From assembly GCF_000341895.1 (NCBI RefSeq), contig NC_020409.1:1230001-1262000 (forward strand): a stretch of 32,000 bases of DNA, written 5' to 3'. This document shows, one piece after another, positions 15,565-24,469 of this stretch. The DNA is from Pseudodesulfovibrio piezophilus C1TLV30 (GTDB lineage: Bacteria; Desulfobacterota; Desulfovibrionia; Desulfovibrionales; Desulfovibrionaceae). Under the pieces are notes generated by a model that worked only from the letters and a program-made list of their open reading frames with translations, made no database searches and was not told the DNA's origin. The stretch's first letter is position 1, and each line of letters starts with the position of its first letter. Position numbers and translations under genes: made by a program.

Positions 15565-17730
15565 CTATTTTTCCTCTTGATCGCCAAGAACCTCAAGAAC
15601 GTGTTCCGGGGTAAGCGGGAGTCGGTGAAAGACAGCCCCAGTGGCATCCTCGACCGCGTCGTGCAGGGCGGGGCTTCCACCTATAAAAGTCAACTCCCCC
15701 GCGCCCTTGGCTCCAGAGGGTCCATTCTCATAGGGATTATCATAAAGATGACTCTCGATAAGCGGAATATCCATGGCTGTGGGCGGACCATAATCGGAAA
15801 TGGTCCTCTGATACATAACACCATCATGCCGTTCCATATTTTCCATGTACCCCCAGGCAACTCCCTGAGTCACACCGCCGTCGATCTGACCGCGAAGGAC
15901 CCGTTCGTCAATGGCCTTGCCCACATCATAAGAAGCATCAATACGATCCACATCAATATGGCCAGTTAGGATATCCACCGTGACTTCGACCATATTTACT
16001 CCCCACGAATAGGCGGGGTAGGCATCTCCGGTAAGAGCATTTTCATCCCAGGGTATAGTTGATTCATCGTGAATATACTCTTCGGTCACGACCTGTTCCT
16101 CACCTGACACCCATTTATCTTTCAAACGCAGGGCCGCCCTTTCCAGAATTTTTCCCACGATCATGATGGTCCGGGAGGCCACAGTGGGACCGGAATCCGG
16201 CACACAAGCGGTGTCCGGATACGGAAAAGTGATTTTCCGGTAATCAATGTCCAGGGCCTGCCCAACGATCTTACTCATGGTGGTCAGCAACCCCTGCCCC
16301 ATGTCAACATTGGCGATACGAATAGTGACGTCATCAGCACCATTTTTTTCCAGACGAACCACTGATTTGATGTAGTCCCGTTCCCCGCTGCCGGTAAAAC
16401 CACAGCCATGAAGGAAAAGCGAAGTTCCGATGCCCTTACGATAGCGGGGATTGCTCCTATTCAACTCCGTGAAGTGTCTTTTTTTGCCTTCGTAGCCAAA
16501 ACGACTTTTCACATCGTGGATCATGGTGGGCAACAGGACAGGGTCTCTGAAAAGGCCACCTGTCACTGTCGGACTTCCTTGGGCGACGAGATAGTGTTGC
16601 TTGTATTCCAGAGGGTCTATGGAAAAATCACGAGCGATATGGACCATATGCGCTTCCAAGGCAGCAGTACTTTGAGGCGCACCGAATCCGCGAAACGCTC
16701 CATTGGGGACATTGTTGGTAAAAACCACATACCCCTGTACCGAAACATGGGGGATGGCATAGACACCGATGGAATTGATAAGCGCCCGCTGAAGCACCAC
16801 GGAACTCAGTCCCTGATTGGCCCCGCCATCGAAATAAACCTCTATGTTCATGCCCAGAATCTCCCCGTTTTCATCCAGGGATGTCCGATAGCGCACCACG
16901 GCAGGGTGGCGCTTGGTGGTGAACATCATATCTTCATGACGGTCAAAGGTCAGAAGAATGGGCTTTTTGATAATGGAAGCAGCAACCGCAACCTGACACC
17001 CTATGGAACAGGGGAAATCCTCCTTGCCCCCAAAGGCTCCTCCGGTGGGCGACTGGATAATCCGGACCTCATCATCGGATAATGCCAAGGCCGACATGAC
17101 CGCTTTTTTCACATAATAAGGGCACTGCATACTCCCTTCGACAGTCACCCTCCCCTCGGAATCAATGAACCCTTTCACAGTTTGGGGTTCCAGATAGACA
17201 TGTTCCTGCAGGGGAGTCCTGAATTCCTCGACCTTGACTAAGTGGGCACGTTCCTCGACATCAAGAGACTCTTCCCGTGGGCATCCCAGGGAATAACTCA
17301 CCATGTGTTGGATATCAGGAGTACAGCGGCTTTGAAAATCAAACACCGGAGTATGCATTTCATACTCCACCTTGATGGCATCGCTTATACCATGAATAAC
17401 ATCCCGGTCCCTGCCGACGATCAAAAAGATCGGCTCACCGACATAGGTCACAGTTCCGTCCGCAAAGACAGGCTGATCCTCCACCATGAGCTTGACGAAG
17501 TTTTTCCCCTTAATATCCTTGGCACCGATGATGTAATAGCCTTCGGGCAACTCAGGCAAAGAACAGGAGACTATATCAGCAGCAGCCTCCGTAGAGCGAA
17601 AGAGTCGGGCATAGAGAAGTCCCTCTTCCGCAATATCGTTCAGATAAAGCAAGGAGCCATCACATTTCTCACGATGATCCTTTTTTACCACAGAACTGGC
17701 TGTCGATTTCAAATCCAAACATTTTCCCAT
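15565..17730 (-). CDS. Molybdopterin-binding large subunit of xanthine-dehydrogenase family
   Basis: 721 aa. Motifs: TGGAFGGKED, GAFRGFGAPQ, VDMGQGL and GAKGAGELTFIG (catalytic Glu). RBS AGGTGA upstream. Confidence 0.9.
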   Translation of the reverse strand: MGKCLDLKSTASSVVKKDHREKCDGSLLYLNDIAEEGLLYARLFRSTEAAADIVSCSLPELPEGYYIIGAKDIKGKNFVKLMVEDQPVFADGTVTYVGEPIFLIVGRDRDVIHGISDAIKVEYEMHTPVFDFQSRCTPDIQHMVSYSLGCPREESLDVEERAHLVKVEEFRTPLQEHVYLEPQTVKGFIDSEGRVTVEGSMQCPYYVKKAVMSALALSDDEVRIIQSPTGGAFGGKEDFPCSIGCQVAVAASIIKKPILLTFDRHEDMMFTTKRHPAVVRYRTSLDENGEILGMNIEVYFDGGANQGLSSVVLQRALINSIGVYAIPHVSVQGYVVFTNNVPNGAFRGFGAPQSTAALEAHMVHIARDFSIDPLEYKQHYLVAQGSPTVTGGLFRDPVLLPTMIHDVKSRFGYEGKKRHFTELNRSNPRYRKGIGTSLFLHGCGFTGSGERDYIKSVVRLEKNGADDVTIRIANVDMGQGLLTTMSKIVGQALDIDYRKITFPYPDTACVPDSGPTVASRTIMIVGKILERAALRLKDKWVSGEEQVVTEEYIHDESTIPWDENALTGDAYPAYSWGVNMVEVTVDILTGHIDVDRIDASYDVGKAIDERVLRGQIDGGVTQGVAWGYMENMERHDGVMYQRTISDYGPPTAMDIPLIESHLYDNPYENGPSGAKGAGELTFIGGSPALHDAVEDATGAVFHRLPLTPEHVLEVLGDQEEK

Positions 17731-17896
17731 ATATTCACCTGAAGAGTTGGAACCTGATAACTCCAGTATACATCAAAGCTTTTCAAACAAACGGCGAATT
17801 CCGTCACAACTTCGCCCAGTGTTCAATTCCAGTAACAATCCATGTCCTCAAGAGATCGGCAAACCAGATGCCATCAAACCGAAGTGTCCCGAGACT

Positions 17897-18982
17897 CTAG
17901 ACACCATAGGTAATGGCACTCTTCGGGCAAAGGGACCGGCAAAAGCTACAGCCGAAACATTTCTCTTGGTTGACACGAATGCCATCATCCTCGTGGGTCA
18001 GAGCCATGTAAGGGCACGCTTTCACACAACGGTCACAGAGAATACATTTTTCAGCATCAATCCTGGGAAGGCAGACCTCATACGAAACTTGAGGAATGAT
18101 AAGATCCGTCTCTACCACCTCCTGAACAGAGGCGAAGCCATAGTGGACCAGTCTTTCTGGAAGATCGTTCAGTATCGTACGGTAGAGATCCACTCCCTTG
18201 AGCATGGCGGCAGAGAGCATTTGAACGGCGCTTGCTCCGGCCAGCAGAAATTCCAAGACATCATCGGCCGTCGCGACCCCCCCCACACCGATGATCTCAC
18301 ATTCCGGAAGAGCTTTCTTTATGCGGGAGATGAAGGCCAGAGCGAGAGGCTTGATGGCCGGTCCGGACATCCAGACCTCTCCTTGACTATTCCCCATGGA
18401 AGTGGAGCGGCTTTTGAGATCAATGGACATGGCCGGTCCCAGGGAATTGATGGCAACAATACCATTGCCACCGTTTTCCAGCACCATTTCGCAGAAAGCC
18501 ACGGGATCTGGCATATGGGGAGACATCTTCATGAAAAACGGCTTATCCGTCATGGAACGGATTGTCCTGATCGTCTCCCTGATGACTGAAAGATCCTTGC
18601 CAACGTAATGAGTGGATATTTCAAAGGCATCGGCAAAAGGGTCCAGATGAGGAATCAGCCCTTTCATGTCATCCTTTGTATACCCCATGCTGATAAGGAG
18701 AGGGATATCAAGCTTGGGCCTGACCGCCGGAAGGATTTCATCCTTCCACGTATCCAGAGCATACTCGGACCAAAGCTCAGCATTGGTCACATAGTTTTTC
18801 CCGGACTGAATACAGGGACGGGGAACGTGCGCTCCTTGCAGCGAAATGGTCTTACTGACCATCCCCCCTACGCCCCGCTCGTACAGGGCCATCATTTTTT
18901 CCGCATCCCCGACCAGAGGGCCAGAAGCTGGGAGAAGAGGGGTCTTGAACTCCATACCGGCTACGCTTGTCTTCAAATCCAT
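17897..18982 (-). CDS. Dihydroorotate/dihydropyrimidine-dehydrogenase-like (PreA-like) TIM-barrel flavoprotein with C-terminal 2x[4Fe-4S] ferredoxin domain; atypical active-site loop
   Basis: Aligns by eye to class-1 DHOD: FKTPLLPASG, VSKTISL, AINSLGP, SGPAIKPLAL, IIGVGGVATADDVLEFLLAGASAVQ. C-terminal motifs: CILCDRCVKACP and CFGCSFCRSLCP. Confidence 0.8.
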   Translation of the reverse strand: MDLKTSVAGMEFKTPLLPASGPLVGDAEKMMALYERGVGGMVSKTISLQGAHVPRPCIQSGKNYVTNAELWSEYALDTWKDEILPAVRPKLDIPLLISMGYTKDDMKGLIPHLDPFADAFEISTHYVGKDLSVIRETIRTIRSMTDKPFFMKMSPHMPDPVAFCEMVLENGGNGIVAINSLGPAMSIDLKSRSTSMGNSQGEVWMSGPAIKPLALAFISRIKKALPECEIIGVGGVATADDVLEFLLAGASAVQMLSAAMLKGVDLYRTILNDLPERLVHYGFASVQEVVETDLIIPQVSYEVCLPRIDAEKCILCDRCVKACPYMALTHEDDGIRVNQEKCFGCSFCRSLCPKSAITYGV

Positions 18983-18996
18983 TCTACTTTCCCTTC

Positions 18997-20331
18997 TCAG
19001 TTTGAAATTTCATTCCATAATTTCCGGGCACAATTGTGCGCCTCGTCATATTTATAGACATCCTCGTCGGCCAAGCGTCCCTCAGCGACCCGCATCTCTC
19101 CGCGACTCCACACAAAAGAAGGTCTCAAATTATCCAAAAGACCAAAAAAGAAATGCCCAAGCATATTATCTTCACATAACGGGGTAATAGGCTGGTAAGG
19201 GATGATGAAAAAATCAGCATCAAACCCCTTTTGCAAGCGTCCAATTTGACAGCCCAATAAAGTATTCACATACTCATATGTCCAGTTGATGCTCTCTGCC
19301 AGCCAACCAAGCTGAAAGCTACCCGGACCATGGACAAGCTGGTAGGTAAACAACAGATTCTGGTAATCTCTGGTCATGCCGAACCCCAGACCATCATTGC
19401 CGATCATCCAGGGAATACCGAGGTCAACCGTCTGCTTGACAGGGGGAAGACCAACGCCGTTATTCATATTGGACGTGGGGTTGAAAACCAGGAAACAGCC
19501 TCGCTCCTGCAAAATTTCGAATTCCCGCTCCTCCATATGGACCCCATGAGCAATGAGGCTGCCGCTCTGCAACAGCCCGAAATGATCGAAGCGTTCCATG
19601 ATGGTCTTCCCGCACTCTTCTCGAGTCCAATCCACATCTTCCCGGCTTTCGGCAACATGGACATGCACCGGAGCAGAATCGGAAGCGGCTGCGATTCTTT
19701 TCAGGGAATCATCGGACAAACTGAAAGAAGCGTGCATACCGAACAGCCCACCACACAATCCCGTCCCTTCCGCTTTCTGCAAGGTATGAAAAGAAGCATT
19801 CTCTTCCATGCACTCATCCAGATCGAAACGATCACTGGTTTCGAAACAAAAAAGTGCCCGCAAACCGCCTTCGGTAACAGCACCCTGTTTCAGGGCGCTC
19901 AGGCTCCCCTTGATGAGTTTCCCACTGGCATGGTGATCAATAATTGTGGTCACCCCGTTTTTCAGGAATTCCCCTGCACCCACCAGCGCACTCAAAGTGA
20001 CCTCATCTTTCCCAAGAAACCGATCGAGTTTCCACCACAGTTGATCAAGCACATCCTGAAAAGAATGGGGATCGAAGGGAGTCAGCCATCCCCGTGCAAA
20101 AGTGGAATAGAGATGGGTATGCGCCGCCACAAGTCCGGGCAACAGGAAGCCACCCTTTCCATCTGTCTGGTTGCAGTCGTTTCGAGACACCCCCCACTCC
20201 GCGAGAACTCCATCAAGTTCACTCATGCGCCCGGTCGCCAGAATTTTTTCCTCGAACAGAACAAAACAATCTGTTTTCAATTCCTGAAAATCATAGGTGG
20301 AAACATTGATTATGAGATTCTTCATCGGCAC
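18997..20331 (-). CDS. ssnA: SsnA-like amidohydrolase (chlorohydrolase/aminohydrolase superfamily)
   Basis: 444 aa. Metal motif LPGLVAAHTHLYSTFARG. Length and overall layout fit SsnA-type proteins of yge/ygf-type clusters. The start overlaps the upstream stop by 10 nt. Confidence 0.7.
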   Translation of the reverse strand: MPMKNLIINVSTYDFQELKTDCFVLFEEKILATGRMSELDGVLAEWGVSRNDCNQTDGKGGFLLPGLVAAHTHLYSTFARGWLTPFDPHSFQDVLDQLWWKLDRFLGKDEVTLSALVGAGEFLKNGVTTIIDHHASGKLIKGSLSALKQGAVTEGGLRALFCFETSDRFDLDECMEENASFHTLQKAEGTGLCGGLFGMHASFSLSDDSLKRIAAASDSAPVHVHVAESREDVDWTREECGKTIMERFDHFGLLQSGSLIAHGVHMEEREFEILQERGCFLVFNPTSNMNNGVGLPPVKQTVDLGIPWMIGNDGLGFGMTRDYQNLLFTYQLVHGPGSFQLGWLAESINWTYEYVNTLLGCQIGRLQKGFDADFFIIPYQPITPLCEDNMLGHFFFGLLDNLRPSFVWSRGEMRVAEGRLADEDVYKYDEAHNCARKLWNEISN

Positions 20332-21659
20332 TTCCTCCGTATGAATTGACCTGAATTTTCGTGAAAGACTTCATCAATCATGACCGCACTTCCTCGGACA
20401 AATGTTGCGCAGATCACACCTTGCCCCCGGACCCCGAAATAAGGAGAAACAGAGCCATCCCTCTTCAAGTGCTCATGCCAAGGCATATTTGCGCCAAATG
20501 TATAAGATCTTTCAGGATCAAAAATTGCTATATCACCGTCACTTCCTTCCCGTATGGTTCCCTTTCTGGGGTAGAGACCGTGAACCTTGGCACTTTCATG
20601 GGTCATTTTGGAGAGCACTTTTGCCCCAAAGAGATTGAAAAGGACGGGAAGAGTATACGGAATTCCTTCTATTCCATTGGGAATATCATCAAGGCAGGCA
20701 TGATCTTTCTCTTCTTCCCGGTAGGGACAATGATCAGTCGCGAGGGTCGTAATATCATCAATATACGCCCGCAATTTTTCCTTTTCCAGAGCCGGACGCA
20801 AGGGCGGGGTCATCACATATCGATACCCTCGACTGCCCTTATAGACGGCTGAGTCAAACTGGAAATAATGAGGACAACTTTCAAGCAGGAATCGTCCCTC
20901 TCCCAAAAGCTGTGCAAACCCCTCTTGCAACTTCTCAATGGTAGTCCCGCAGTTGGTATGCACTATGTACCCATACCCGCCCGCATATTCGAAGACCTGC
21001 GCCAGCTTCATCACTTCACTTATTTCTGAGAGAGGCGGTCGACGAAAACCATGGGCGGCAACCAGAGCTGCCGGAGATTCGTCTATCATCTCGTTATTTT
21101 CAGCGTGGATGAGGATGGTAAATCCTGATTTCTCAGATTCCCGACACAATTTTGCCAAGAGAATATCTTTGGTCTGCCGCCCCGTGGAGCTATAGGTCGT
21201 GAACAGCTTTATGGACGGCACCCCCTGAGCTATCAGAAAGTCACTCAATTCCTCCAGGGGATCGTCATACCCCTTGATGGTCGGATGAAAGCTGAAATCG
21301 ATATTACAATCGGCAGCATCCAGCATCCTTTGGGCAAGGGCAGCTTTCATCTCATCAAGCCCGGAAGACGGGTTCAAAAAATCGATGACAGTCGTTACTC
21401 CGCCATAGGCAGCCAAAACAGAGCCGGTATAAAAATCATCTCGGGAATACGTTTCTCCAACCCCCAGGTGAAAATGAACATGAGGATCGATAAGCCCAGG
21501 TAAAACCCATTTCCCCTTGGCATCGTAAGTCGTGGCCGCCTTGAAAGGCTCCTTGCCTATTTTTTCAATAATGCCATCTTTTATGAAAACATTGGTTTTC
21601 TCGAACCGGCCTTCCCTGTAGACAAGGCCATTGATGACAACAAGGTCCATACTGTCCAC
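20322..21659 (-). CDS. Cyclic amidohydrolase, dihydropyrimidinase/D-hydantoinase-like (HyuA/YgeZ-like)
   Basis: 445 aa. A full set of expected ligand motifs is present: PGLIDPHVHFH, PSIKLF (carboxylated Lys position), LIHAEN, IVHTN and LATDHCP. The start is either GTG 21659 or ATG 21650. Confidence 0.8.
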   Translation of the reverse strand: MDSMDLVVINGLVYREGRFEKTNVFIKDGIIEKIGKEPFKAATTYDAKGKWVLPGLIDPHVHFHLGVGETYSRDDFYTGSVLAAYGGVTTVIDFLNPSSGLDEMKAALAQRMLDAADCNIDFSFHPTIKGYDDPLEELSDFLIAQGVPSIKLFTTYSSTGRQTKDILLAKLCRESEKSGFTILIHAENNEMIDESPAALVAAHGFRRPPLSEISEVMKLAQVFEYAGGYGYIVHTNCGTTIEKLQEGFAQLLGEGRFLLESCPHYFQFDSAVYKGSRGYRYVMTPPLRPALEKEKLRAYIDDITTLATDHCPYREEEKDHACLDDIPNGIEGIPYTLPVLFNLFGAKVLSKMTHESAKVHGLYPRKGTIREGSDGDIAIFDPERSYTFGANMPWHEHLKRDGSVSPYFGVRGQGVICATFVRGSAVMIDEVFHENSGQFIRRKCR

Positions 21660-21661
21660 AG

Positions 21662-23269
21662 CTATTCCCCTCTCAGCAAGACAGAGCCTTGCCCATTGGG
21701 ATAATAGGACTCACCATCGTAGGCCACCTCGCCATTGACCATGACCAACTCAAGACCGGTAGGGAATTGGTCAGGCTGCATGAAATCACCGACATCCTTG
21801 AAATTTTCAGGATCAAAAATGATCAGATCGGCATAGGCATTTTTTCGAACAACACCCCGATCCGTGAGCCGGTAATTTCTTGCCGGGTTATAAGTCATCC
21901 TTTTCACGGCTTCTTCAAGAGGGAGAATCTTCTTTGTCTTCACAAACTGGGAAATAACGCGGGGGAAAGCGCCGTATGCCCGAGGATGCATCTTGCCACC
22001 GAGCAAACCATCAGTGCAGACAGACATTTCCTCTCGCTGACAGAATACTTCCAGGTGTTCCTCCTTGCCGTAATAATCGATCATCCCCACTCGGTTTTGC
22101 TCCGCTACCAGAAGGTCGAAAAGACCATCCAGAGGATCAACCTGGCGAATCTCCGCTATCTCAGAGAGACTTTTACCAATGGCGAACTGATTTTTCTGCG
22201 TCACGACACTGGTCACGAAAATACCATCAAAACCGGCAAACTCGACAAAGTTATCCCACATGGAATTCTTCTCGAGAATGGCGGCCTTGATCTTGTGTCG
22301 CTCGGCTTCGGATTGAAGCCGTTCCAGCATCTTTGCCGTGCCCCCCACATGGGCCCACGGAGGCAGAAGCGCGCTCAGCATGGTACTGCCTGCGGTATAA
22401 GGGTACATATCGAAAGTGACAGCAATGCCCTCTTCCCTGGCCCGATCAATTTTTCCCAGAACTTCGTCGATCTTCTCCCAATTATTCTTGCCGCAAATCT
22501 TGAAGTGAGAAAAATGCACCCGTACCCCACTCTCGCGACCAATAGTGATGATTTCATCCATGGAAGACAGGATCTGATTGGCCTCGCTCCGCTGGTGTAC
22601 CACAAAAACACCATCATATTCGGCCACCACCCTGCACATTTCGGTCAATTCTTCTGTCGAGCCGTAGGCGCAGGGGATATAGATCAGCCCGGTAGACAGC
22701 CCCACGCATCCGGCTTCCATTCCTTTTCGAACTTCATCACACATGGCCTTGATATTGGCACCTGTGGCCTTTTTTTCGGAAAACCCAAGAACGGACAGAC
22801 GAACATTCCCATGAGGTACCAGGTAGGTGGAGTTGCTGGTTGAGCCGCTGTGCCGGATACGGTCCAAATACCCCTCTATCGTTTCATAGGTCCAATCCAT
22901 TTCGTCACTATCGCCATCTAGACCACCGATATTTTTCCGCCAGTCATCAATAAACGGCCCTGGAAGCGGAGCCATGGCCACGCCATCCTGCCCCAGGACC
23001 TCAGTCGTGATCCCCTGGCGGAGCTTCGGCTTGAGCAGGGGATCAAGCAGAATCTGCAAATCACTGTGGCTATGGGAATCGATAAATCCGGGAGCGACCA
23101 CCTGACCAAGGGCATCGATAACCAGATCCGCCTGGGTACGAAACTCATGAGCTTCCCCTTCCCGCTTGAGAGCAATGATTCTGTCTCCTTCGATGAGGAT
23201 ATCCCCCTTGAACGAAGGGCCTCCCGTACCGTCGACGATGACACCGTTAATGAGAGCTGTTTTTTTCAT
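21662..23269 (-). CDS. N-acyl-D-amino-acid deacylase (D-aminoacylase)-family amidohydrolase
   Basis: 535 aa. N-terminal beta-domain, then PGFIDSHSHSD. Length and C-terminal beta-sandwich tail (ADLIIFDPENF...) are typical of the family. Confidence 0.75.
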   Translation of the reverse strand: MKKTALINGVIVDGTGGPSFKGDILIEGDRIIALKREGEAHEFRTQADLVIDALGQVVAPGFIDSHSHSDLQILLDPLLKPKLRQGITTEVLGQDGVAMAPLPGPFIDDWRKNIGGLDGDSDEMDWTYETIEGYLDRIRHSGSTSNSTYLVPHGNVRLSVLGFSEKKATGANIKAMCDEVRKGMEAGCVGLSTGLIYIPCAYGSTEELTEMCRVVAEYDGVFVVHQRSEANQILSSMDEIITIGRESGVRVHFSHFKICGKNNWEKIDEVLGKIDRAREEGIAVTFDMYPYTAGSTMLSALLPPWAHVGGTAKMLERLQSEAERHKIKAAILEKNSMWDNFVEFAGFDGIFVTSVVTQKNQFAIGKSLSEIAEIRQVDPLDGLFDLLVAEQNRVGMIDYYGKEEHLEVFCQREEMSVCTDGLLGGKMHPRAYGAFPRVISQFVKTKKILPLEEAVKRMTYNPARNYRLTDRGVVRKNAYADLIIFDPENFKDVGDFMQPDQFPTGLELVMVNGEVAYDGESYYPNGQGSVLLRGE

Positions 23270-23285
23270 CGGCTCACTGACTGCC

Positions 23286-24464
23286 CTATAAAACTGCTAA
23301 AGTTTCCATGATGATCTCGTACCCCTTCACAGCCTTGTCCAGCTGATCAATTTCGATATACTCATCGATGGTGTGAGCAAGAAATTCATCGGAAGGTCCA
23401 AAGCCGAGAGTCTTGATGTTGGCCTCGCCTGCATAATGACTGCCATTGGTGCAGAAATCATAATGGGTGAGAACACTGTCAAAACCATCTTTTTTCAAAG
23501 CAGCAAAAACCGAGGCGACAAATTGTTCCTTTTTATCATAATACCAACCGGGGAAAAACCGTTCGTCACCGATTTTTTCACCCGTGTAGCAGATGAGTTC
23601 CGCCTCGCTCAAAGAGACCTTCACGTTGAGATTCGGATGCTCCTCTTTCAGCAATGACACAGTCTCGAAGACCGGCCCGAGCACGCTCTCCTTGGTCTCT
23701 CCGACCAACAGACGCCTATCCCATGTCGTCCTGCAATAGTCAGGGACCACAGAAGCACCGGGATAAGGAGAAGAAATGACATCCACCAAAACAAGAATTC
23801 CCTTGCCTAAATTTTCATCAACCACCGGGGAAATCAGCTTCACGGCATTGATGACTTCAGCCATCTGATAGACTGCATTGACCCCATGTTCAGGGTTGGC
23901 ACTATGAGCGGGTTTACCGAATGTCTCAATGACCACTTCTGCCCGTCCACGCTGACCATGTTTCAAATTCAAATGAGAAGCTTCACCAATAACCACATAA
24001 TCAGGCTTGTGGTTCTTACTGATCTCACGGGCTGCGACACCTTCAAAGCACTCTTCGTGGCAGACTCCTGCCACACAGATCGTCCCTTTGAAATGACGGT
24101 CAGTCTCTTGGGCAAAATTCCTGGCCCCGACCAACATGGCGGCCAAAGCCCCCTTCATGTCCGAAGTCCCACGCCCGAAGACCTTGCCGTCTTCAATCGC
24201 TCCGCCAAAAGGATCATGGGTCCACTTGCTCGCGTCGGGCACTGGCACCGTATCCATATGAGCGTCATAAAGCTGGACTGGCCCATCTTCCTTTCCATAG
24301 ATGGTGCCGACCACATTGCCGTATTTGTCGACATCCACTTGATCAAAACCAAACTCGATCATGGTTTCTTCCAAAACCTTGGCAACCTGCCCTTCTTCAC
24401 CGGAATAGCTTTTGGCCTGGATGAGTCTTTGACAAACCTCAACAACTTCACTGTACGTATTCAT
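23286..24464 (-). CDS. ygeY: YgeY-family M20 metallopeptidase/deacylase ('selenium-metabolism-linked hydrolase')
   Basis: 392 aa. The N-terminus CQRLIQAKSYSGEEGQVAKVLEETMIEFGFD and motifs AHMDTVP, GRGTSDMKG and HEECFEG fit the M20/ArgE-DapE fold and the YgeY subgroup. It lies adjacent to dpaL, as in E. coli ygeX-ygeY. Confidence 0.8.
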   Translation of the reverse strand: MNTYSEVVEVCQRLIQAKSYSGEEGQVAKVLEETMIEFGFDQVDVDKYGNVVGTIYGKEDGPVQLYDAHMDTVPVPDASKWTHDPFGGAIEDGKVFGRGTSDMKGALAAMLVGARNFAQETDRHFKGTICVAGVCHEECFEGVAAREISKNHKPDYVVIGEASHLNLKHGQRGRAEVVIETFGKPAHSANPEHGVNAVYQMAEVINAVKLISPVVDENLGKGILVLVDVISSPYPGASVVPDYCRTTWDRRLLVGETKESVLGPVFETVSLLKEEHPNLNVKVSLSEAELICYTGEKIGDERFFPGWYYDKKEQFVASVFAALKKDGFDSVLTHYDFCTNGSHYAGEANIKTLGFGPSDEFLAHTIDEYIEIDQLDKAVKGYEIIMETLAVL

Positions 24465-24469
24465 ATTAA

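Noticed and set aside
17731-17896. The 166-nt gap inside the catabolic cluster, with hairpin GGCGAA-N12-TTCGCC followed by GTTTGTTTG (- strand)
   Set aside because: The stem is short (6 bp), the loop is large and the T-tract is interrupted. That is not enough to call a terminator or an internal promoter. It may simply be an inter-cistronic spacer.
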